23,798 nt of DNA, taken from the IMG/VR virus record IMGVR_UViG_3300036945_000242, positions 64,001-87,798 of that record; one strand, given 5' to 3'. A program made the position numbers and the translations under genes. Origin of the DNA: a virus (taxonomy: Duplodnaviria > Heunggongvirae > Uroviricota > Caudoviricetes). Shown here piece after piece: positions 1-8,277 of the stretch (positions are counted from its first letter, which is position 1; each line of letters opens with the position of its first letter). The notes below the pieces were generated by a model. The model did no database searches and had not been told where the DNA came from. It worked only from the letters and a program-made list of their open reading frames with translations.

Positions 1-485
1 GAAGAAGAAGCTTGTACGAAAGGGATAACACGAGTAATACCATATACCCAGTCGTCTATGTTTAAGTATTTGTTATCGTATTCTCTAAGAGTTATAGAAC
101 CTAAAGTAGCAGTAACCGTACCATTACTAATAGTTTCTCCTGGAATAAACGTCCCCTTTACATTCTTAACCAAAAGCAAATTACCGCTAGAAGCACGGGT
201 AGTTTCCCTAACGGATAAAGCGGTAGCTCCAGAAGTTAAACCCACTAGATTAGAACTTAAAGGAAAGCTTTCCGCAGTGGCAGTGGCCAAAGTCATCTCA
301 GAAGCTCTGATTTGTTGCTTCATGTAAATGCGTTCTATACCCTCGTAGTGATACAGGCGGAAATAGTCTAACGCTTCATCTATACGGTCTTCTAGTTGTA
401 CGTCGTCTACGTTAATTTCTACCACAGGAGAACCTAAAGCTCTTAGTGCGTATTGTTTTAATTGTTCTCTTGATGCGACTGCCAT
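1..485 (-). CDS. gp13: T4-like neck protein gp13 (5' part; runs off the window edge; missing from the ORF track)
   Basis: Manual translation from ATG at 485: MAVASREQLKQYALRALGSPVVEINVDDVQLEDRIDEALDYFRLYHYEGIERIYMKQQI..., matching the gp13 N-terminal signature (LR.LG.P..EINV...Q.EDRIDEAL.YF..YH.DG). It starts 1 nt after the stop of the upstream fibre gene and the frame is open to position 1. Confidence 0.93.
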   Translation of the reverse strand, partial: MAVASREQLKQYALRALGSPVVEINVDDVQLEDRIDEALDYFRLYHYEGIERIYMKQQIRASEMTLATATAESFPLSSNLVGLTSGATALSVRETTRASSGNLLLVKNVKGTFIPGETISNGTVTATLGSITLREYDNKYLNIDDWVYGITRVIPFVQASS

Positions 486-486
486 A

Positions 487-1794
487 TTATGATACACTTC
501 CTGAAATTATACAAGATGTTGCTGATACGAAGAATGCGGTACATAAACCGTATCCTCGTAAAGATACCGAAGTTCTATTTGTAGTAGAACCACTAACATA
601 GGCTGATGTGGTTCCTATAGTAAGAGTAATTGCGCTTGTAGTATTATTGAAAATAGTAACAACATCTCCTGCAGAGAATACGTTGTTAGGTATAGTTACT
701 GTATTCTCAGCTATAATAGATTTACCTTTATCCGTAGCGATAAGCGTATATGGAGAAGATTGGGCGTTTGTAGGAACCTTCCTAACATCGCCTTTACTAT
801 CTGATATGCTATTAGAAGCGGTCAGTGAACCTACAGAGGCAGAAGTTGCGGATAAAGAAGCTAAGGTAGAATTTCCTGTTACTATTATTTCTCCGGAAAC
901 ACCTAAATTCACAATTGAAGTAGTTCCAGATAAAGAAGCATTAGTGAACATAGTCGATTTAGATTCATTAGTGACGTTACCTAAACCTAAATTTACCCTA
1001 GCAGTAGTAGCGTTATTCGCTCCAGTTCCGCCATCGCCAATGGCCAAAGCGTTAGTCAAGCCTGTAATCGTACCACCCGTAATAGACACAGCGGTAGAGG
1101 CTTGCGTAGATAAAGACCCTAAACCCAATCCAGCTCTAGCTTCGGATGCGGTAGTTCCGCCCGTTCCACCATTAGATACACCAACCACCCCAGAAACGTT
1201 AGACGCATTACCGTTTACATTACCCGTTAAATCGCCCGTAACGTTACCGATTAAATTCGAGTAAGTGGTTAAGGCGACTAGAGTTGGTGAAGATAAAGTT
1301 CCATTTATATCCCTATCGGGAATACTAGCTTCTGTTATCGTTTTATAACACCTACCGTTTGTTTGAGCCGAGTAGCTTACATTCGGCTTTCCGTTTTGCG
1401 TATATGTAAAGCTAGTTGTATTAGGAACGTTCAATACGGTAAAGGTTCCATTAAAAGTATTAGGAGCGATACCGAATACATTAACCGTATCACCTACACT
1501 AAAACCGTGAGCACTTGCGGTGTAAACGGTTGATGTGTTGGATTCTCTAGATACCGCAGAAGCGACAAAAGCTCCTGGAGATACGGTATAGAACTTCTGA
1601 CCCCTTAGCGTATCAGCGTCTAAACCCGACCCCGAACCATCTACTGTTTTCAATTTTGTTAAAATGTCTGAAGCAGTATAGCTTGAAGCGGATAGCTTAG
1701 TACCTAATTCAACATTCAGATTATTAAAATTAGCATCTACTTCATCATTAGTAAGAGGCGACCCCTTTACACTGCGTAGCGTTATTGTTGCCAT
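487..1794 (-). CDS. Fibre-like virion protein (435 aa), at the syntenic position of T4 wac/fibritin
   Basis: N-terminal MATITLRSVKGSPLTNDEVDANFNNLN anchor-like motif, VDGSGSGLDAD motif, two GGTG..(T)A..AR..LGL shaft motifs, Ser/Thr/Gly-rich body and a beta-rich C-terminal domain. AGGA RBS upstream; lies directly before gp13. Confidence 0.7.
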   Translation of the reverse strand: MATITLRSVKGSPLTNDEVDANFNNLNVELGTKLSASSYTASDILTKLKTVDGSGSGLDADTLRGQKFYTVSPGAFVASAVSRESNTSTVYTASAHGFSVGDTVNVFGIAPNTFNGTFTVLNVPNTTSFTYTQNGKPNVSYSAQTNGRCYKTITEASIPDRDINGTLSSPTLVALTTYSNLIGNVTGDLTGNVNGNASNVSGVVGVSNGGTGGTTASEARAGLGLGSLSTQASTAVSITGGTITGLTNALAIGDGGTGANNATTARVNLGLGNVTNESKSTMFTNASLSGTTSIVNLGVSGEIIVTGNSTLASLSATSASVGSLTASNSISDSKGDVRKVPTNAQSSPYTLIATDKGKSIIAENTVTIPNNVFSAGDVVTIFNNTTSAITLTIGTTSAYVSGSTTNRTSVSLRGYGLCTAFFVSATSCIISGSVS

Positions 1795-1803
1795 TCGTTT
1801 TCC

Positions 1804-2037
1804 TTATTTTTGGCTATTAGCGATTAAAGTCATCAATAAAGACTTGACTTCAGATAACTCGCTTTTTATACTATTTATTTCTATATTCTGACGCTCTATC
1901 TCAGCTTTTCGTTCGCCGACTATCTTTTTCTGTCTTATGTAATTTTCATACTCAGACTTATTAGTGTTAATGATAGCCTTGGTGCTAACGTCACGCACCA
2001 AGCTATCGTTTCCTTCAACTTTTAAAAATTGAGTCAT
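1804..2037 (-). CDS. Small coiled-coil protein (77 aa) of the type that follows VrlC-like genes in environmental T4-like phages
   Basis: KVEG..SLVRD..T.AIIN..K.EY..Y motif followed by a heptad-like tail (EINSIKSELSEVKSLL). It fills the gap between two genes almost exactly. Confidence 0.75.
   Translation of the reverse strand: MTQFLKVEGNDSLVRDVSTKAIINTNKSEYENYIRQKKIVGERKAEIERQNIEINSIKSELSEVKSLLMTLIANSQK
1872..1879 (-). promoter_or_regulatory. Possible T4-type late promoter (AATAAATA) upstream of the 435-aa fibre gene
   Basis: Minus-strand AATAAATA (N-ATAAATA late consensus) about 80 nt upstream of the ATG at 1794. It lies inside the 77-aa CDS and could be chance in AT-rich DNA. Confidence 0.3.
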
Positions 2038-2040
2038 AAA

Positions 2041-5000
2041 TTAAGCACAAGCGATAATTCTTAAATCTTTAATTCTTGGAACCGCTGAAGAGTTAGTAGA
2101 GCGCATAACTAATTTAACAGCCACAGAATCAAAAGGTACTAGGTTGTCTTCAGAATAGTCGATATCGTAGAACGATTGATCCCCGTTCTCTACTCTAACT
2201 ATACTAGAATCAGGATTACTCAAAACCCAGTTAATATCAGAGAAGTCGCTCACTGCGCCAGCGGAACTGGTTTTATAATATACTAATACTTCGGCTTCTG
2301 GAGGAATATTAGCAGCCAAACGAACTCTTAAGAAAGTAGAAGGAGTGGCTAGGTTAATCGCTCTAGAAACGTATTTACTAATAGATGAGCTTCCCATAGG
2401 CGTAATTTCATCAAAGAACGCTACTCTAGAAGTAACCGAAGTGGTACTTGCAGCAGATTCAGAAGTAAACGTTTTACCGCTAACAGTTATAACACCAGTA
2501 GTTCCGTTATTAGTAACCGAAGTAACTAAATAAGTCCCGTTATTTCCAGCAGTCGTAGCGTTAGCCACTGTAATATAATTACCAACCACAATAGTATCAT
2601 ACCAAGCCAACACATCAGCATTAGTAGTAGTAATAGTAGAACCCGAGAAGCTATACGCACCAGTAGCACCTGTAAATAATAAGTTTGAGTCTAACGCTGC
2701 TACGTTGGTATTAGTTTCAGCAGGAGCGTTAATTTTGTTAGAAATAGCGATAACTGAAGTTCTATGAGTATCAATAACAGGCGACAACGCATCATTAGAA
2801 GAAGCTAATTGTACAGAGAAAGCTAACGAATCATTTCCACCTAACTTAGTAGTTTCGTTAATTTCAGAAGCTACCATACGAGGTGAGTAGAAGTTATTGT
2901 TTTCATTCGCTAATACTGAACTGTAAGAACTATCCATTGTATAAGGCGTTTGGTTTCCATTATTAGACTTACCGCTAACAGTTTTAATCTTATAAGAGAT
3001 AGAAGTATCTGAGAACGATTGAGTTTGAACTTGAGGTTGGATAACGTCGTATTGAATATTCTTAGTCGCTTTAACCGTACTACCGCCACCATATCCAGAA
3101 GAAGTAGCTGAGGTAGAAACCGTTATTGTATAGCTGTCGTTAGTAACGTTAGCGATTTCATGGGTATCGTATAACTCTTCACTAGGAATACCGTTCACGT
3201 CAGCAGCCGAAGCGTTTGAAATAACAACATTTGACCCACTAGGCATTCCGTGGTCTCTATGCCAAACTCTAACTAAATTAGTACCTGCTTTAGTCTCAAA
3301 TGGGTCAATTTCTAAAGTATCTAACGGTAAAACGTCATTAACAAACTCTACATTACCTACGCTTGAAGTATCAAATTTCGCACGGTATATTGTAAACTTC
3401 ATATCTTGGTTCTGATCAGCAGTCCAAGTAGAAGCGTTTTGAGACTTAAACATAACCCCGTTATACGGTTGTTCAGATATGGTTCTGGAAGACCCTGGAA
3501 CCGTATCGCCCATTTGGGATATCCAAATCTTATAAGCGTTAGAATCCGATTGAACAACTAAAGCGTATTCACCATTGTTCTGTACATAAACTGGGCTAGA
3601 GAATACAAACGTTGTAGGCGTATTAAAGTCAGGGTATTCTACGCCCTCGCCGTCAATTACCGTAGTAGAAGATAAGTTTACTTCGCTAGATTGCTTAGAA
3701 ACCTTAGAGAAAGGTAAAATACGCTTTCCTGGGTAGCCGTTTACTACTTCACGAATTTCGATAGAAACAGGGACGTTAGCGTCTTTAGAAGCAAAGAATA
3801 AATCAACTTTAGTTAAGAAAGCTCCGCCAGTAGACTCAACTAAGAAAGTTTGAGCCAAGGGGTCATACCAACCAGTATCAGACACTACACGCTCAGAAGT
3901 CTCGACAATAACGTTATTTTCAATTAACTGTTCTTCAACTAATTGTGCGTTACGAGTAGAAAGTACGGTAGCTTGCTTAGTTTCTAAAATACCTTGAGCT
4001 GAGTAATTAACACGTGCTCTAGAGGAGAATTCGCCTGTAGCAACGTTATTATCTATCAACTTAAGCTCACGAATACCTGTACGGAAACGTGTCATATCGG
4101 TGTTAGGAATAGCGAAAAGCATATTCAAGTCGCCACTAAAGTTAGTAGTTAAAGCCGAACCTTTAGTATTGATTTCTAACGCTGTAATAGTACCAGTCGC
4201 TGTGCTTACGTTACCAGTAATAGTCTCGCCCGATACGAAAGTTCCCTTAACGTTAGCTACGAAAAGTGAAGTTTTATTTATGTTAGGATTAAATTCTTTA
4301 CCAACTACAACAGCTGTAGCTCCAGAAGTACCGCCCGTAACCACATCACCCCTAGTCAAACAACTTTGGGTATCTCCGTCTACCCTACGAGTAGGCTCAG
4401 TAGCCAAGCCACCCACATTAGTATCGTCAAGGAATGCGCCAGAAGTACCAGTGTATTCGATTTTCGAAGCTGGTGTACAAAATTCTGAAATAGGCGTGTT
4501 ATCGAAATAGCCATAGAAACGAGTATTTGGTTTTAATTTTTTAATCTGTACTAATATGTTTCTAGAACGAATGTAAGGGATAAACACGGTAGATAATACC
4601 TTATCCTCAACCACCTTAGTATCAATCTTAGCGATAATGCTAGTTTTAGTACCAATTCTAGATTTACCAACCTTGGTAGCTACGGTTTCGGTAACGATAC
4701 GACGCAGCGGACGTGTGCGACCCGATAACTTACCAAAGCGTTTATCCGCCTCGGCTACGGAAATTTGGATAGCTCCCTTTTCCGCCTTCGGCCAAGCACC
4801 CTCAGCCCTAGCTTCGTACGTCTTTTTAGTACCATCTACACTAATCGGCGTCCCAGTCCACTGGGTCTGCCATGCGTTCCATACAGTACCTAATACGCCA
4901 GCCTGATCAGCCATCATATACGCTATATTGAAGTTTCCTTCTTCATTCTTAAGAATATCAGGTCTACGGTCTACGTCAAACCACTCATCGGAAGAAGGAG

Positions 5001-8000
5001 TTAATCTAACGTCACCCAAGAATGTAAAGATAGCGTACGGATTTACGAACTCTGTGCGGGAAGCGTATGCTTGTGTTACTAAAGGGGCGTGTTCTAGAAT
5101 AGGTAACGTTATAACATCACCAGTTACTTGGTAACCAGCCGAATCTCGGTCAGTATCGTTAGAATTTTTCTCAATCATATTAACGTTTTTCATAGTAAAG
5201 AATGGGCGTAATTCGCCATTCTCCATATCTATGGAACACATATAATCGGGAGAACCTACGTCACCAACGTTATGCCCAGTAAAATTATCTACGATAAAGC
5301 CGTTTTTAAATCTATCTAAGTTGTCTGCGTCTTTAATAGATAAAGAAGAAGTTTCTTGTTCTAGGAGCGATAAAGAAGTATAATATTCTAAGGTATTGAT
5401 ACGTTGTTCAAGTTTACCAATATCCCTCATCGTATATCTACGATTATCAATCTTATTAACTTTTACGTTATTGCTTGTAGTTCCGAATGTGTATGGCTCT
5501 AACTCTAAAGTGTATAGAGACATACTAAGTTTAGCGTCTTCAGGAACGCCTGGATTTAACGAAGAAACTCCGTCAATCTTAAAGAACTTACCCGTAAAGT
5601 CAATAGCGATTTTATCAGTACGACTTAAGTAATACGTAAAGTCAGAGATAATATCTGTACCACGTTTAGGAATTAAAGTTCCTCCACCGCTACTAAAAGT
5701 CAACCCGTCATCGTTAATACGAGGTCTAAAATCTAAACAATCTCTTAACGGATAACCTCGATACGATGGAATATTACCATAAGGAACGTTGGCTGGGTAA
5801 GAATTTACAGAGAAATAATCTCCGTATGAGTGGGTAAAATACTCAAACGTAATTTGAATTGGAGCACTAGGGGCAGCGTATGAGGACTTAAGCGTTAAAG
5901 TACCGATATCGTAATGGGTGTCTCGCTGACCGTCGTCGAACTCAAATCTATCGGTAATGTCGTTAGAATAAGTTCCGGAAGGAGAAGCGAAAGACCCGTC
6001 CTTCATATTAACGCTCAATACTCGGTAACAATCCGCCTTACCTAAACTAATAACACCGCTTTTCGCTAGTTGTTCGGTAGTTATAGTTGTAGTTGCGGTT
6101 ACTAAAGTCTTAGATTTTTCAGTGCTGGTAGAACCCGTTTTAGTAACCGCCCCAATCACTGTACACGCAGCATTGTTATTAGCTAATTGGAAAGTTACAG
6201 AAGACCCCGAACGAACTGCGGAAGATGGGCTTAGTACCGCTCCCGTGGAATCTAAGGTGATAATATAATTATCGTTCTCATCAGTAGAAGCGAAAGTGCC
6301 TGAAGCGGTGGTAACGGTTAATTGACCAGAACCAGTAGTAGTTCCTGTGAATCGTTCATATACGCTATACGTAGTATCGTTAGTGTTGATAGAACTGCGT
6401 AAAGACTTAATAGCGTAATATGGTAGCGGGAATATTAAAGAAGAGCTATCGGGTTCTTTAATTTCAGTGGAAATAACTGAAATCGGAACTCCAGCTAATG
6501 TGTTAGAACTATCTACGGTCATAGTTTGTTGATCAACGATAGTCGCTACTCTAGCTAGGGTATTTTGTAAATAAACATAATCGCCTACGACTAAATCGGT
6601 TTGGAAAGATGTTCCGTTACCCGTTACGGTAGTTGTGCCTGATTGACTAACCGAGCCGATTAATTGGGTTACAATTGGGCTTATATTAGCTGAGAAAGAA
6701 CTACTTACAAAAGACTTAACTTTAGTGTTAAAATCTACGCCAGAATTTAATTTAACGTCAAATAAGAATAATTTATAAATTCCGTTTGAAGAGTTTACCG
6801 TACCGCTATCCCATTCGATAGCTTTAACTCGTGCTGTACCTAAAAGGGTTGCTCCTGATGGGACTCCGCTAGTTGTAGTTCTATTGTATAGGGATAAGGT
6901 CTCGAAAGAGTTTACGCTCGGTAACCCAGCAATTCCAGTCACTAATACGTAATTACCAATAGAAGAAGGTACTAATGAGCCGTCCGCCTGTGCGAAAACT
7001 CTAGCCTTATCTACTTCAACGTATTCAGTGGCGATTTTCTCAATCTCGTAACCTTGTACGTAAGCTTTTCCTGGCTCAAGACCGATAGCTAACTTACCCT
7101 CGTCTCCGTTTACGTAAACGCCACGGTTGTAATATGGGGTTTCGTTATATTCCCATTGTACGCCAGTTGTACCAGAACCGTCATAAGCCGAACCGATAGT
7201 ATGGGTAGGGGCTGTAGAACCTGAAGTTCCGCTGTTCTTTGCATAATACGTCTTACCGCCACTAACAACAACATCTCCCGCTAGGTAAGAGGTAGCAGTA
7301 GCCCAAGTACCACGGTTATTATTTCTATGTTCTCTTACGTCAATTTCAAAGGAATTAACCGTATAGTCGCCCGATTCATCGTATGTACGACGAGCCATAG
7401 TTTGCTCAAGAATAGCATAATCGGTAGTGCGTACTTGCTTCTTAACGCTACCTTCATCTACACGAGCTAACTCGATAAATCCGCTATCTTCGGTATCCGT
7501 TAAAGAACGTTTACTTAAAACTAAGTCGATAAAGTAGCGGTGAGCTCCTGGAGCTGCGTAATTGTAACTATTTTGAGCGTTATCTAAAATAGTCTCGTCA
7601 TCTTCAGGCGTAATTATAGATTCTACAACGTTAAGACCGATTCTATAAGAAGGCGATGCGGAGTATTTCTCTAACAGAATGGATTGAGTTTCGCATAATA
7701 CAAAGTATCCATTAACGTAATAAACGCCACGTTGAATAGAGGCGATAGAACCCACGCCAGTAGCGTTAGAAGCGATAGCTTGTACAGCGTATGTTAAATC
7801 TTCAGTGGCGATAATCTCGCCATTAGCGAACTTTTTAGTTACTGTATCAGTACCAGAATTTACATAGCGAACGTAAATGGTAGTGTAATCCGTACCTTCA
7901 GCGTGCGCAATGTCGATAATCTCGGCTACAATACCGCTAGTTCCGACTACACGAGTCCCTTTTAAATTTTCAATAAACGTTTCGGTAACTACGCCAGCGT

Positions 8001-8247
8001 ACGAAGCTTCTAATTTTACATAGTCAGCTTTAGTATCAATAGACATTTGTCCTGGAATTACCATCGCTCCTTGGTTAAAGAGGTGGTCGCCTTGGCGTTT
8101 AATTTGATTCTGGAGTACAGTTTGTAATTGGGTTAATTCTCTAGCCTGTACCGCTGCGGCAGGTCGGAAAAGAATTTTATAAAACTTCTTATTCTCATCG
8201 AAGTCGTCATAATACGGTTCGGTATTGAATTGGTTGTTATCTAACAT
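2041..8247 (-). CDS. vrlC: Large baseplate/virion structural protein, DUF4815 / VrlC-like (2068 aa)
   Basis: N-terminal PYYDDFDENKKFYKILFRP..AVQARELTQLQTVLQNQI motif, internal WYDPLAQTF and QN.S.WTADQ..D.KF motifs, and C-terminal PRIKDLRIIA. All are typical of this family downstream of gp8 in cyanophage-like T4 phages. Confidence 0.85.
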   Translation of the reverse strand: MLDNNQFNTEPYYDDFDENKKFYKILFRPAAAVQARELTQLQTVLQNQIKRQGDHLFNQGAMVIPGQMSIDTKADYVKLEASYAGVVTETFIENLKGTRVVGTSGIVAEIIDIAHAEGTDYTTIYVRYVNSGTDTVTKKFANGEIIATEDLTYAVQAIASNATGVGSIASIQRGVYYVNGYFVLCETQSILLEKYSASPSYRIGLNVVESIITPEDDETILDNAQNSYNYAAPGAHRYFIDLVLSKRSLTDTEDSGFIELARVDEGSVKKQVRTTDYAILEQTMARRTYDESGDYTVNSFEIDVREHRNNNRGTWATATSYLAGDVVVSGGKTYYAKNSGTSGSTAPTHTIGSAYDGSGTTGVQWEYNETPYYNRGVYVNGDEGKLAIGLEPGKAYVQGYEIEKIATEYVEVDKARVFAQADGSLVPSSIGNYVLVTGIAGLPSVNSFETLSLYNRTTTSGVPSGATLLGTARVKAIEWDSGTVNSSNGIYKLFLFDVKLNSGVDFNTKVKSFVSSSFSANISPIVTQLIGSVSQSGTTTVTGNGTSFQTDLVVGDYVYLQNTLARVATIVDQQTMTVDSSNTLAGVPISVISTEIKEPDSSSLIFPLPYYAIKSLRSSINTNDTTYSVYERFTGTTTGSGQLTVTTASGTFASTDENDNYIITLDSTGAVLSPSSAVRSGSSVTFQLANNNAACTVIGAVTKTGSTSTEKSKTLVTATTTITTEQLAKSGVISLGKADCYRVLSVNMKDGSFASPSGTYSNDITDRFEFDDGQRDTHYDIGTLTLKSSYAAPSAPIQITFEYFTHSYGDYFSVNSYPANVPYGNIPSYRGYPLRDCLDFRPRINDDGLTFSSGGGTLIPKRGTDIISDFTYYLSRTDKIAIDFTGKFFKIDGVSSLNPGVPEDAKLSMSLYTLELEPYTFGTTSNNVKVNKIDNRRYTMRDIGKLEQRINTLEYYTSLSLLEQETSSLSIKDADNLDRFKNGFIVDNFTGHNVGDVGSPDYMCSIDMENGELRPFFTMKNVNMIEKNSNDTDRDSAGYQVTGDVITLPILEHAPLVTQAYASRTEFVNPYAIFTFLGDVRLTPSSDEWFDVDRRPDILKNEEGNFNIAYMMADQAGVLGTVWNAWQTQWTGTPISVDGTKKTYEARAEGAWPKAEKGAIQISVAEADKRFGKLSGRTRPLRRIVTETVATKVGKSRIGTKTSIIAKIDTKVVEDKVLSTVFIPYIRSRNILVQIKKLKPNTRFYGYFDNTPISEFCTPASKIEYTGTSGAFLDDTNVGGLATEPTRRVDGDTQSCLTRGDVVTGGTSGATAVVVGKEFNPNINKTSLFVANVKGTFVSGETITGNVSTATGTITALEINTKGSALTTNFSGDLNMLFAIPNTDMTRFRTGIRELKLIDNNVATGEFSSRARVNYSAQGILETKQATVLSTRNAQLVEEQLIENNVIVETSERVVSDTGWYDPLAQTFLVESTGGAFLTKVDLFFASKDANVPVSIEIREVVNGYPGKRILPFSKVSKQSSEVNLSSTTVIDGEGVEYPDFNTPTTFVFSSPVYVQNNGEYALVVQSDSNAYKIWISQMGDTVPGSSRTISEQPYNGVMFKSQNASTWTADQNQDMKFTIYRAKFDTSSVGNVEFVNDVLPLDTLEIDPFETKAGTNLVRVWHRDHGMPSGSNVVISNASAADVNGIPSEELYDTHEIANVTNDSYTITVSTSATSSGYGGGSTVKATKNIQYDVIQPQVQTQSFSDTSISYKIKTVSGKSNNGNQTPYTMDSSYSSVLANENNNFYSPRMVASEINETTKLGGNDSLAFSVQLASSNDALSPVIDTHRTSVIAISNKINAPAETNTNVAALDSNLLFTGATGAYSFSGSTITTTNADVLAWYDTIVVGNYITVANATTAGNNGTYLVTSVTNNGTTGVITVSGKTFTSESAASTTSVTSRVAFFDEITPMGSSSISKYVSRAINLATPSTFLRVRLAANIPPEAEVLVYYKTSSAGAVSDFSDINWVLSNPDSSIVRVENGDQSFYDIDYSEDNLVPFDSVAVKLVMRSTNSSAVPRIKDLRIIACA

Positions 8248-8277
8248 CGGGTATATTGTCCTAATTGGTTATTTTTA

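Noticed and set aside
87-308. gp13 insertion as an intein or intron
   Set aside because: It has no Cys/Ser start with His-Asn end or splicing motifs, and it resembles a structural module of the VrlC-like protein.
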